Shown here: in pieces, positions 52,318-64,000 of the stretch | How positions within the stretch are numbered: position 1 is the first letter of the stretch | Layout: every line of letters starts with the position of its first letter | Source: Squalus acanthias | Taxonomy: Eukaryota | Direction of reading: 5' to 3' | Assembly: GCA_030390025.1 (NCBI GenBank) | Contig: CM059432.1 | Span: forward strand, 95,792,001 to 95,856,000 | DNA length: 64,000 bases | Made by a program: the position numbers and the translations under genes | The notes under the pieces: generated by a model | Database searches by the model: none | Seen by the model: only the letters and a program-made list of their open reading frames with translations | Told to the model about the DNA's origin: nothing

Positions 52318-52610
52318 TTATAGGAATAGGAGTAGGCCACTCAGTCCCTCAAGCCTGTTCCGCCATTCAATTAGGCTGATCTGTACTTCAACTCCATTTG
52401 CCTGCCTTTGCTCCATATCCCTTGATATTCTTACCTTACAAAATCTCAGTCTTGAAAATTTCAATTGACCGAACATCCACAGACTTTTGGGGGAGAGAGT
52501 TCCAGATTTCCACCACCCTTTATGTGAAAAAATGCTTTCTGATTTCACTCCTAAATGGTCTAGCTCTAATTCTGAGATTACGTCCTCTTTTCTGGATTCT
52601 CCCTACATTG
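52318..52610 (-). mobile_element. CR1 LINE 3' fragment
   Basis: AGGAGTAGGCCACTCAGTCCCTCAAGCCTG 3' UTR motif as at 895-960. Confidence 0.8.
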
Positions 52611-53105
52611 GAAAATGCATATTAACATTTAAACTGTCTTAGTCTTAAGAACTGAGCTGTAATTTTTCAAATAAAGATAATTCAACATTACAAAATCTGA
52701 CAGTTTGAAAAGATATTTTTACTCCACTCTGATCCCGTGGAGACGGGCTGGAATTTACATGACTACACTTAATAGTGCATCAGGTGTACAATTAGAATGA
52801 AACTGAATCATGACACATTTAATCATAAACCAGGCGATAGCTTTCAGAGATGTTTACAAAAGTAAATTGGAACAAAGAATTATGCCATGAGCATAGTACA
52901 TGTTGGTATTCAATATATATTACAATGGGGGAAATAAAACTAACTTTATATATTTCATTTTAAAAAGAGGCTCTAATTCAGCTATTAAAGGGATAAGCTC
53001 TGAGGTTTGTTGCTGTATAATTTGTATAGAATGGCTATGGGTATGATTTATTTTAGTACTCATTAGGTAAAGGTTCTGGTGCAATTTTGCAATACAAAAT
53101 ATATT

Positions 53106-53267
53106 GACCTAGAAAATGCATTGCACAGCACCCGTTTCTCGGGCATTGCGTGAACGCCTAAGGCCTCAAAATGGCGGGCAGGAAGCACACGCACACTTCC
53201 AGTTGGAAGTGCGCCGCCCACCATATTAGGTAAGGACAAACAAGAGGTGCGCCTGAATTTCTAGGCC
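53106..53267. mobile_element. Short Harbinger-type MITE
   Basis: GACCTAGAAAAT...AATTTCTAGGCC; TSD ATT. Confidence 0.65.
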
Positions 53268-54465
53268 ATTATGTCTCATAAAGACACAGGTTTAGAGTTT
53301 CTGCTTTGGCCGCAATTGCCGATTCCTGTGCAAACTGCGCCCAAAATTGCGCCCGTTTTGAAAAGTGTTTTTCCCCCAGAGCTTCTGCTCAAACTCATTT
53401 GAATATTGCCGAACGCAAACTCTGCCATGAACCAGCATAATCGGGCAGCGTTTTAAAATGTAATTTAAAAAAAATGTTTTGAAAAATTTTCCTTCCTATA
53501 TTTAAAAGTGGTAACTTAGTGAATTTTGATTAAAACAGCCGAAAATGGGTTTAATCACAAAAAATAATCATTTTTAATCACATTGTCAATCCACCACCTC
53601 TGACTAACCTGATTTTAAATGACTGAAATTCACTTTTAAAAATTATGTAAGACTATTTTCGAGTTATATTGGGGTACATTAGTCAGTTTTTTAGTAATTA
53701 AAACAAAAATCACATTTAAATGCTTTTAAAATGTACCTTTTAGTGTCCTTGCAGCCAAAAGAACCAGCTTACTTTTTAAAGCCTCCCTGAAGGCCTTCAA
53801 ACGAATGCAATTAGCAGAAACTCCCAATGGGGATTAATACACCCTGGGGACGTGGCCAATTTTGTGGGTGGGATTGGCTTCTAGCGCGATGTTTTTAAAA
53901 CTAGCGCAAAAGATCGCGGAAACTCGAGTTGTGCTGAAAGCAAATTCCGCTTAAAATTCCGTGATCTTTTGCGGCGTTTACACCGATCTTGGCTGAATTG
54001 CACCGACAAAAACAGCTGTAAAATATCATGATCCATCACATAAGCTACCGTTAAACAATACCAGTGTATTTTTTAATAAATACAATATTTTACTTAAAAT
54101 CTTGTCCACAGGTTTTATGAGCTCCTAGAAGGTAAAGACACCACCCACAGTTCTTGGTCATACAGTCCAGAAGACCCTAGGTTAAACCTTGGACCATGCT
54201 CAGTTTGCTGATCTCAATTGGGGCAGCAGTTATGATGTTGCCGCTGGTTTCAGCATCCCTGGTTAGTGCGGCCATTAATCAGTCAGGTCCTGCTTCTGAT
54301 CACCAATATGACCCTGTCCAAAACTTACTTCACGCAAGATTTTTACAGCTGAAAGAGAGCAAATTTTCACCCTAGGCCCCAGGTCACAGCCTATATGATC
54401 CTGTTTTTACTTTATAGGGAATATCCTTGTGCCAGAAATTGCATTATTTTTGTCCGTTTCATGAT

Positions 54466-54750
54466 TACATAGTATTTACAGCACAGAAACAGGCCATTCG
54501 GCTCAACAGGTCCATGCCAGTGTCTATGCTCCACACGAGCTTCCTTCCACCCTTCTTCATTTAACCCCATCAGCATTCCCTTCCATTCCTTTCTCCCTCA
54601 TGTATTTATATAGCTTCCCCTTAAATGCATCCATGCTATTCACCTCAAATACTCCTTCTGGACGTGAGTTCCACATTTTCTGGGTGAAGAAGTTTCTCCT
54701 GAATTCCCTGTTGGATTTATTAGTGACTATCGTATATTTATGCCCCCTAA
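54466..54750 (-). mobile_element. CR1 LINE 3' fragment
   Basis: RGHKY...FRRNFFTQ...WNS..E...MDAFKGKL. Confidence 0.8.
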
Positions 54751-55348
54751 TGATGTTAGCCAAAGGAAGCATATTACAGCATTACAAATTCCAATCTAGT
54801 AATGAATAGTTTTTAGATGCACAAACTAGAACTTATAGAGGTAAAAATTCAGTTGGTTGCACCTCCCGTTAGCGCCTTAAGAGGGCGCTAATGGGGCGCA
54901 AAGCCGCTAACGCCCGGGCGCTGCGATGTTTGCGCCGCTCGGGAACTTAACTAGAGATTGTGCGGCGGCGCTAAAACTTACCGCTGCGACCACCTGCGCG
55001 CGCAGATTGTGACGTCATTCCATGGTGCAACGCCCTTGTGGCGCCCCGGAGCGGAAATTGAGTGGCACCCCCTGCCTTACCGCCTGGCGCTTCCAACGAC
55101 CGGAAGACTGGAACGCTATCAATCGCTGTGGGGCTGGGGGGGGCGCTATTTAAAGGGGGCCTCTTCCTGTCTTTTTCTGTGGTTGACATTTTTGCACCAC
55201 TCGTTCTGAGAGAGAGAGAGAGATTCGGAGAGAGAGAAAGAGAGACTTCTACATTGACTCAACGCTTTGTGAGGTAGTTTTGCCTATTGATCCTAACTTC
55301 GCTGGTACTTTAGTTGCTGTCCTTCATTACTTTGCTTGCAAAGAGAAT

Positions 55349-56509
55349 ATGGGGGCTGCACTGATTGGGAGCGTCGTCCTGCTCCAGCTGAATCGGAGGA
55401 TACAGAGACGCAGAGAGAGAGTGGCAATGATGGCCAGACGGAGGAGGGCCATCAGGCGTATGTACAGGAGAGCTTACCCTCCCAGGGTATATCGTGAACA
55501 GCTCTCCTACATCCATATGTCTGAGGAGCTGTGTTTGCGAAGGCTGCGATTCAGCAAGGAGGTGGTCACTGAGCTCTGCCACCTGCTGCAGCCAGATCTG
55601 CAGCCTCAACTGAGGTCCAGGATGTCTCTGTCGGTGGCAGTGAAGGTCACAGTGGCTCTCAACTTTTGCGCTACTGGCTCATTTCAAGCTGCTGCTGGGG
55701 ACCTCGCCAATATCTCCCAGTTCGCGGTGCATTGCTGCATCCGGCAGGTCACAAATGCCCTCTTTAAAAGGAGACGAGAGTTCATCTCTTTCCCCATGAC
55801 CCCAGACAAGCAGCGTGACCGCGCTCTGGGCTTTGCGAGGGTAGTGGGCTTCCCCATGGTGCAGGGCGCCATTGACTGCACGCATGTGGCTTTGCGTGCT
55901 CCGCATGAGAATGCCGAGGAATTCAGGAACAGAAAGGGGTTCCATTCCTTGAATGTTCAGTTGGTCTGTGACCACAGACAGCTGATACTCGCTGTCAATG
56001 CCCAGCATCCTGGCAGCTGCCACGATGCTTTTATCCTGCGCCAGACTACTGTGGCAGAACTTTTCGAGGCACCGCATCAGCCAGTTGGTTGGCTTCTCGG
56101 GGACAAGGGGTATCCATTGAGCACCTGGCTGATGACACCGCTCCGTACGCCAAACACCCCTGCTGAGCTGCGGTACAATGAGAGCCATCAAGCTACCAGG
56201 AACATAATTGAGTGCACAATCGGCGTGCTGAAGCAACGGTTCCGCTGTCTCGACCATTCTGGAGGAGCCCTGCAGTACTCGCCTGAGCGAGTATCGAACT
56301 TCGTAGTCGTGTGCTGCATGTTGCATAACATGGAAATCCTCAGGACCCAGCCAATGCCACCAGGCCTTGGAGCACCACCAGAGGAGGAGGAGGAAGAGGA
56401 GGAAGAGGACGAGGAGGATGATCATCAGCAGCACCAAGGCGGGAGGGCGGCCCACAATGGTCAAACTGCAAGGGCCGTCCGTCAACGGCTAATAGCAAGC
56501 CGCTTCTAG
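55349..56509 (+). CDS. PIF/Harbinger DDE transposase (HARBI1-like family), 386 aa
   Basis: First ATG at 55349; GAIDCTH, NRKGFHSLNVQ, CHDA, GDKGY, RNIIE, LKQRF, CCMLHN; acidic tail; no stops. Confidence 0.95.
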   Translation: MGAALIGSVVLLQLNRRIQRRRERVAMMARRRRAIRRMYRRAYPPRVYREQLSYIHMSEELCLRRLRFSKEVVTELCHLLQPDLQPQLRSRMSLSVAVKVTVALNFCATGSFQAAAGDLANISQFAVHCCIRQVTNALFKRRREFISFPMTPDKQRDRALGFARVVGFPMVQGAIDCTHVALRAPHENAEEFRNRKGFHSLNVQLVCDHRQLILAVNAQHPGSCHDAFILRQTTVAELFEAPHQPVGWLLGDKGYPLSTWLMTPLRTPNTPAELRYNESHQATRNIIECTIGVLKQRFRCLDHSGGALQYSPERVSNFVVVCCMLHNMEILRTQPMPPGLGAPPEEEEEEEEEDEEDDHQQHQGGRAAHNGQTARAVRQRLIASRF

Positions 56510-56803
56510 GGCCCCTGCCATTGCTAACAACATTAATGAACCCAGCACGCAACCCCTAAGCCGGCCAAGGCACCAATAATTCCAACCACCAGCCATGTAT
56601 ATTTTGAATACAGAAACTTATTTATTTTACAAACTGTGTGTGTGTCAATTCCTCATGACAAACTCATAGAAATAAACACAAAAAAACAGTCAATAACATA
56701 ACTGGTTCTAACAACCTGGAGATAATGTCCAAAACACTAAACAAAAGTTGGACCATGAACCTCGACCTTTAATAAAAAAATGACCAGCATTTTGTCACAC
56801 CTC

Positions 56804-58554
56804 CTACTTTTTGCCCTTCGAGGGTGATCTCCTTCCCTTGCGCACTTCCCCCCTTCTAACCCTACTGCTCCTCCGTAATGGGACCTCAGTGGCTGCAGCA
56901 AGGCTGGTGGAAGGCTGCTGCTCGTCAGACCCTGACACTGCAGATGCCCCTGAAGGACGGCCTCGACCAGTTCTGGGCCTGGAGGGCCCGGCTGCAGACT
57001 GCACCAACTCTGCATGGGCGGCAGCAGTCTGTCCTACAGGCGGTGGCAAGTGCAGTGGAGAAGTGACAGTGTTGGCAGCAGGAATGCTGTCATCGTGAGA
57101 GAGGACAGCAACTCCCTGCTCGCCCGACACACTGGCACTCCCACGGGGCAGCACTTCAGCATCCGGAGCAATCTGCCGGAGAACAGATTGCTGGCCTGCT
57201 GCGGCGCGGTGACAGCCCCGGGGACATGTGCACGAACCATCGAGGTTGGCAGCAGTCTGTGCTCGCGTGGCCTCAATCTGAGTCTGTATGAGAGCAGTCA
57301 GAGATGGGATCATGGCAGCCAGTGACTGAATTGCAGCACTAAGCGTTAGTGTGGCATCCGCCTGTGCTACAGCGAAGTGCTCCACACTCCTTGCCAGTGA
57401 CTCAATGCATTCGGGCACCCTTCCCACTGCACCCATGAGCTCAGTGTGCATGCCCACCGCCTGGGTGTTCATTTCTGCGATCAGCCGCTCCTCCTCTGCG
57501 TCCATTGCAGTAGGAGTGTCTGGCATACTCTCCCTCTGGGGAGAAGGCCCCCGTTCTTCCCTACCCCCCCCATGGCGTTGCTGCAGCCCGCTGGGTCCTG
57601 GAGCTTCCCCCCTGCTCCCCTCCAGGGAAGGCGTGTTCCCAGTGTGGGCATGGGCTTCCTCGGGAGAGGGTGGCACTGATGCTCCGGCTTCCTCTTCCTC
57701 CTCAGCTGCAGCATCACTCCCAGTGGCAGCTTCAGGGCCCGTCTCCTCAGCTGGTGAATCACCATCTGAAAGCAGGGAGGTACAAGAGTGGCTTTAGCGT
57801 GAGGACAGGGTGGCAGTAAGGGAGGAATAAGTGCAGCGAGTTAGCAAGTTGGATTGAAAGTGTCAAAGGCTGGTGTTGTGAGGGACAAGTGGAAGGACAG
57901 AGGACAAAAAGGTGATGACCTTACCATTGCTGTCCAGAACGGGGTCGGCGTCTCCAGTGGCGACGGGACCGATCACCCGGCTTGCCACAATCCTGTGGAC
58001 GCGCTCCTCAAGATCGCTGAGGGGTTGCAGCTGAGGCCGCCCTCCACCTGTCCGTTGCTGCTGTCTCCGATTATGCGCCAGCTTGGCCTGTAAGAAAAAG
58101 GACAGCATCTGAGTAAATATACAGCCATGGTCTTGCCTGATGTGCCTCCCATAGGTGAATAGCCCTTACTGTATGCAAAGTGTGGAATGTGTGTGTGTGT
58201 TTGATGAAAGGGCCATAGGTGTTGGATGAGTGTTGTGCATTGGGGTTTTAAGACCCTCTGGCCATAGAGTGAGGTTGAGATGGAGGGATGGAGAGGTATT
58301 GAGAAAAAGCCACTCACCCTGACGACCCGAGTGAGGTCGTTGAACTTTTTGCGGCATTGAGTATGGGTCCTGGGCACCATGCTCCTGGAGGAGACGCTCT
58401 GAGCCACCTCCCTCCACACTCTTCTGAACTCGCGTGGCAAAGGCCTCCTGCCACTCTCAGGGAAGAGCATACATCTTCTGCGCTCCACCGCGCCAACCAG
58501 AGCATCCAAGGCCCGCTCGGTGAAGCGATGAGCGCGTTCTCTCACCCTCTCCAT
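56804..58554 (-). CDS. Harbinger Myb/SANT-like protein, 453 aa; exons 58554-58318, 58087-57925, 57765-56804
   Basis: GT-AG junctions AGG|GTGAGT, TTACAG|GCC, AATG|GTAAGG, TTTCAG|AT; 237+163+962 = 1362 nt in one frame; RFT...W.EVA...RT.TQCRKKFNDL; basic C-terminus. Confidence 0.9.
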
Positions 58555-59169
58555 GCTTGGCAGCAAAATGGATTCACAGGTCTCTCCAGGCCGAGATTCA
58601 AGGCTGCAATGAGCAGGGTGTGGCTGGGGAGCAAGTTGGCCCCCCCCCCGCTTTAAGAAGTGGCCGGCGCCAGTGTGTCTGTGTTCCCTCGCTAACTGGC
58701 AGCAGCTGCGCTGCGCTCGCGCGCTGAGTTAGCGCCTCACTCCTTGGCCTTTGCGCCTTAAGACAGGTGTGCAGCGCCTGATTTAGCGCTCCACTCACCT
58801 CCCGGGGCGGTAAAAGTGAAGTTTCCAGTCAGTGCCGATAATTAGCGCCAGGCGCTAATATTTGCGTCCAGACGATATTTGCGCCCCAAATGGGGCGCGA
58901 CCTAATTTTTACCCCATAATGTCATTTTCCTAGTAACTGCATTGTTGGTTAACTAATAATTATAACTGACACTCTTTGTAGACTTTTTCCTCATCACTTT
59001 TTAGATGAAAAAATAAGTTTGAGGTATTAATTTATTATTTGGTTTAATAAATACTGTATGTTTTTATTTTTTAGCAGATATGAGTGTGTCTGAAATGCAT
59101 TTGAAAGTGTCGCACCAGAAATTGGAAGTGAACATTGGTGTCTCCGTCAAGTCATATAACTACAAGAGC

Positions 59170-59370
59170 CATGACAACTATGACAACTTGCATTTATATA
59201 GAGGCAAGCCAATTGAAAGAAGCACAGACTAGGAGGGGTGGCCAAAGCTTTATCAAAGCGGTGGGTTTTAAGGAGGATCTTAAAGGAGAAGAGGGAGGAG
59301 GTGAAGGCAGAGGAGTTTAGGGAGGGAATTCCAGAGCATGGGGGCTAGGTAGCTGAAGAGACAGTGCCAA
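59170..59370 (-). mobile_element. L2-like LINE or SINE 3' fragment
   Basis: ACAACTTGCATTTATATAG tail; GGGAATTCCAGAGC...GGGGCTAGGTAGCTGAAG resembles the reverse of an L2 ORF2 end. Confidence 0.55.
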
Positions 59371-59504
59371 GACCGCTACATGTATTGTGAGATGGTGCTT
59401 TGGTCATGTAGTTGATGCTTGTAGGTGTTTCTGTAGTAACGGCAAGAGGTTTTTAATAGTTTTTTTTAGTGAATGATGGAAAGGGAATAAGATTCGGAAA
59501 GCTG

Positions 59505-59865
59505 TCTTCTTCTTTCGTATGGTAGTAGCAAATCAAATGTCAATATCTAAGTCAGATATTCAGGCCAAAGCTTCTGGTGTAACAGTGTGGATATCTGGTA
59601 GGCTGCCTGCGAATTTCCTCCGCAGGCAGTGCTCAATGATATGGTCCAGGGTCTGATTAGGAGATCCACAGTCGCATGATGGGGATGCTTTAATCTTCCA
59701 TCTATGGAGAAGATGGCAGCATCTACCATGACCGGTTCTGAGGCAGTTGATAGTTGTCCACTGTTTTCAAGGGAGGTTTGATCCTTCAGGCTGTGATTTG
59801 TGCTTGTGTTCATGAGCTCACAGCTGTATGCATCAGCTAACGTGCCACAAAGTTCCACTGTTACA
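59505..59865 (-). mobile_element. Vingi/Ingi-like (I-group) non-LTR 3' fragment
   Basis: Minus strand reads WTTINCLRTGHGRCCHLLHRWKIKASPSCDCGSPNQTLDHIIEHC (CCHC knuckle); ends CCATACGAAAGAAGAAGA. Confidence 0.7.
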
Positions 59866-62059
59866 AATGTGGTAAGTTAAATAAAACATCATCAGATATA
59901 AACCACTGGCTTATGTTTCATATATAAATTAACCAAACAAATCTTTCTGCACTATTCTGTTTCTTATCTTTTCTAACTCAAGAGAAATACATACAGTTGA
60001 TTCACCAACCATAGAATATTGTTTAAAGAGTTTAGTAAAATGATATTGGGTAGACTGGATTTGAATTACCCAAATTTCTGGAGCAGTTAATTTTTTTTGG
60101 CAACCTCAACAGGCTTTTAGAATTTGTATTCAAAAAATATTATTGATAGATTTATTTTCCCCTATTTTTAATTTCTTTATTTTATTTTATTGGTAGTTAT
60201 TTTCCACCATATTCATGACATATCTTGATAGGTTTGTTGGTGTATTACAAATGATTCAAGAGCATTATGTACTCAAAAAGATTCTGCTGACAGCCTTCTA
60301 TAATACTTCCTGGTAGATTGTTTATTATACACTTCTTCTGCTCAATGAAAATTAGCTTAACTCCACCCATGACCTGTGGTATAAGGGGCATAGCTCTATA
60401 AAATGTGGGATATACTAGATACATAGAACTGGGAGATCAGTATCACAGAACAAGAGATCCAGGATTTATGATATCATGAATTTCTTCTCAGGTAAAATTA
60501 TGATTTACATTTCCCTTCTTTATAGTGATTAGCAGACATTGAAAATTAGAAAATGTTCAAATGAATCTTCAGTCTGATGTTTGAAAGCTGAATGTTGCAT
60601 CTTTTTGCTTCACTATGTGCAGTTTATGAGTGTCTGTGAAGGTTATGAGAAGGTGTACTCCACAGTATAACACTGGACCAAAATAAATTGTTTTTTTGTT
60701 GTTGTTTTTGCTAAGAGTACCTAAAGTGAGATAGATTACCATGTTGCTTAAAAGTTTCAAGATTAATACCTGAGGTTCATTCATGTAGAGACAATGTTAA
60801 AGATAATTATGCAGAAGATATCAGTGAAGTCTATCTATTAAATATAGGGTTTTATACAAGGGAGTATAGAGAAACACCGGCTGAAAGATTCTGCAGCAAT
60901 TTTGTAGGTGTGTAATGTGGTTACATATTTGTTTTATACAAACAGTAGGCCAGACTTGGACATGTTCGGTGCCCAAAGGGGTCAATCTGATTGTGAAGAT
61001 TCTCTGGAAAATTCATAGGCATTTATTTTGCCATTGTTTTTAATACAGCGGGTGCGTACCCCAGGTAGACCATACTTTATAAATAAGATGAATAAAGCTT
61101 GGTCATCTGATCAACATAACATTGCAATGTTTGGCTCCTAAATTGGCAACCTGAGTTTGAATCCCAGCCTTGATGACATTCATCATAATGCTCCCCCACA
61201 ATGTTTTGCCAGGCATTTTGAGTGACGAAAAGGGGGTCATTTTAACTTTTGGCAATAGTATTAAATTGCCAATATTGGATCCGATCAGTCGCCCATTATA
61301 CATACATAGCGCCCGTTATACATAGCTCCCGATTTCCAGTTCCTTTGAAGTCATCCGGTATTGGCCATTTTACATTAAAAGTTAAAATGACGCCCTTTTT
61401 CCATACTGATCAAGCAAGTGTTGGCTGGTCAACCAACATGACAGCAGCAACATCGAAGAAACCAGCTGGCTGGCTGATCTGCTCTTACATCCAACTAGGA
61501 TAGCATGGATATGGGGAAGGGATAGGAAGGATATAGGCAAAAACAAAAAACATTGGTAATTACTTCATTATGGTGAATTTACTGCTACAGTTCTTTAAAC
61601 ACTATTGCCATCTCGCGACCCGTGTTTCCACAATCTTTCACACAAACCAGGCTGTTGACAGTCGTGACTGTAGCTGGGAATTTCCTCGGAACTGCTTCCA
61701 CTCCACCGCTGTAACTACATCGGAAGTGCAGCGGAAACCCCATTTAAGTGAGTAAGGAGATTCCTGGCCCTAATCCCCCATATGCACAGCCCTAAAAAAG
61801 TAAAAGCATGACCAGCAACCTATTCTTTTTGTAATAAAGTCAAGTTTTTTGTACAATTAATTACTCCACTGAAGGACAAAAATAAGTTTTAAGCATGCTG
61901 ATCTGTATCAAAGAGCAGAATTCTGGGTGTCACAGATTTAATGTACATAGTAATGGGAAAGGTAAACATAACAACAACTTGCATTTATATAGTGCCTTTA
62001 ACATAGAAAAATTCCCAACGTACAGGGAAAATCCCGAGCAATTGCAACAGAAGTATCTG

Positions 62060-62315
62060 CTTAAATAGTCATTAGCACAAGTGCCTGTGAGTCAGAAGGC
62101 TGTTCATTCAAGTTCCACACCAGGACGCCCCCACATATCAAAGCTGATATTTCAGTCCAGTACGAAGGGAGTGCTACATTGTTAGATGCATCATTGTTTT
62201 GATGAAATGTTAAACCAAGGCCCCACCTGTGGATATTGCTGATTCCATGGCATTATATGAAGAATAGCAGGGAGTTCCCCAGCGTTCCTCAGGCTAACAT
62301 TGCTCCCTTAACCAA
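62060..62315 (+). mobile_element. Decayed tRNA-derived SINE (DeuSINE-like)
   Basis: GAGTCAGAAGG...TTCAAGTTCC (B-box-like), then CAGTACGAAGGGAGTGCT...GTTAAACCAAGGCCCC core. Confidence 0.55.
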
Positions 62316-63440
62316 GATGTTTTATAGATACATAAAGAGCAAGAGGATAACGAAAGAAAGATTAGGGCCTATTATAAACCAAAAAGGAAGCTTGTGTGTG
62401 GAGGCGGAAGACATGGGTATGGTTCTTAATGAATACTTTGCATCTGTCTTCACAAAAGAGAGGGACATTGCAGACATTGTAGTTAAGGAGGAGGAGTGTG
62501 AAATATTAGATGAGATAAACATAGTGAGAGAGGTAGTATTAAGGGGTTTAGCATCTTTGAAAGTAGATAAATTGCCAGGCCCGGATAAAATATATCCCAG
62601 GCTGTTAATGGACTGGTTAGGGGTGCAGAAAAGTGGCAAATGGAATTCTATCCGAAGAAGTGTGAGGTAATGCATTTGGGGAGGGCTAACAAGGCAAGGG
62701 AATACACAATAAATGGTAGGATACTGAGAAGCGTAAAGGAATAGAGGGACCTTGAAGTGCATGTCCACAGATCCCTGAAGGTAGCAGGACAGGTAGATAA
62801 GGTGGTTAAGAAGGCATACGGGATATTTTCCTTTATTAGCTGAGGCATAGAACATAAGAGCAGGGAGGTTATGCTTGAACTGTATAAAACACTAGTTAGA
62901 CCACAGCTAGAGTACTGTGTACAGTTCTGGTCACCACATTACAGGAAAGATGTGATTGCACTAGAGAGGATACAGAGGAGATTTACGAGGATGTTGCCAG
63001 GACTGGAGAATTTTAGCTATGAGGAAAGATTGGATAGGCTGGGGTTGTTTTCTTTGGAACAGAGGAGGCTGAGGGGAGACTTGATTGTGGTGTATAAAAT
63101 TATGAGGGGCCTAGATAGAGTGGATAGGAAGGACCTATTTCCCCTAGCAAAGAGGTCAATAACCAGGGGCATAGATTTAAAGTAATTGGTAGAAGGATCA
63201 GAGGGGAGTTGAGGAGAACTTTTTTCACCCAGAGGATGGTGGTGGTCTGAAACTCACTGCCTGAAAGGGTGGCAGAGGCAGAAACGGTCATCACATTTAA
63301 CAAGTACTTGGATATGCACTTGAAGTGCCGAAACCTACAACGCTACGGACCAAGAGCTGGAAAGTGGGATTAGGCTGGATAGCTCTTTTTCGGCTGGCAC
63401 AGACACGATGGGCCGAATTACTTCTTTTTGTGCTGTAAAT
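62316..63440 (+). mobile_element. CR1 LINE fragment with internal deletion
   Basis: FYRYIKSKR...PGPDKIYPRLL jumps to LYKTLVRPQLEYCVQFWSP; TTTGATTCTATG tail. Confidence 0.9.
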
Positions 63441-64000
63441 TTCTTTGATTCTATGAACAGTCAGCATTTCAAAGTAATTTATTTGGGCAATGTAATAAGT
63501 TGATATATAAATGCATTCACCTTTTAAAATAAAAAATCCAGTAATATTTAAACTATAAAGTCACAGAGGAAATCCACATGAGCCAAAAACTATAATCCAC
63601 AGAATATGAGCTATGAATTGGAGAGAAGGTTGGGGTTATATATGAGTAACACAGTATTTTTTAAAAATGAATATTCTGGGCTCAATCACGGATCCCTGTC
63701 AGAGGTTGGGCTCAGTAAGCCTGATGGAGGCAAAAATTCTGGTGGGACCTGGAAACAGCTCTTCACCACAAGTCTATTGGTCAGTCAATTCTAAATGAAG
63801 CCTAGGGCAAGCAAGACCTCTGTCTGCTTCAAACATGTCCCATGGACGCTAGAGGGGATGGGGGCCAAGGGGAAGGACTTCCCACACCAGACATTTCCTT
63901 GACCTCTGCTTCCTTGACCTGGACTTTGGGATAAACTCAGGTTTACAGTTGCCCAGGATGTGTCCATAGTGGCCAGGGCACTGGCCAGTGGCATTTAAAT

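Larger units (their letters stand above)
54838..58915 (+). mobile_element. Harbinger E, full-length and apparently autonomous (4078 bp)
   Basis: TIRs GAGGTAAAAATT / AATTTTTACCCC (11/12); TSD ATA; two intact convergent genes. Confidence 0.95.

Noticed and set aside
53288..54020. Further Harbinger-like MITE (also candidates at 1-170, 1690-2008, 60947-61500)
   Set aside because: Only one plausible terminus was found in each case; no TIR/TSD pair could be established.
55679..56485. 268-aa antisense ORF and similar short ORFs across the window
   Set aside because: Shadow frames of TE coding sequence or GC-rich MITE arms.
55280..56509. Domesticated host gene HARBI1
   Set aside because: It lies between TIRs with a TSD, next to a Myb partner, and has MITE derivatives, so it is a transposon ORF. 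The TTG start at 55280 was also rejected in favour of the ATG at 55349.

Overview
Eukaryotic, almost entirely transposon-derived DNA; the CR1/SINE/Harbinger repertoire suggests a cartilaginous fish (inference). I can support no host gene. Main structure: a Russian-doll nest spanning 3802-38432. An old CR1 fragment contains Harbinger A (TSD ATG), which contains Harbinger B (TSD TTT). B contains a SINE tail, a 1.66-kb solo LTR (TSD AATC), MITE C (TSD AGT), a Penelope-like RT fragment and MITE D (TSD TTA). A ~5.27-kb piece of this nest is tandemly amplified six times (8282-37638), and the last copy is internally deleted. About 17 kb downstream lies an apparently intact autonomous Harbinger E (54838-58915, TSD ATA) with an open 386-aa DDE transposase and a convergent three-exon, 453-aa Myb/SANT gene; MITE D is a clean internal deletion of E. 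The rest is CR1-type LINE pieces, a second LINE family with a tRNA-like head, pogo/Tigger, hAT and Harbinger MITEs, and Tx1-like, Vingi-like, L2 and SINE fragments.
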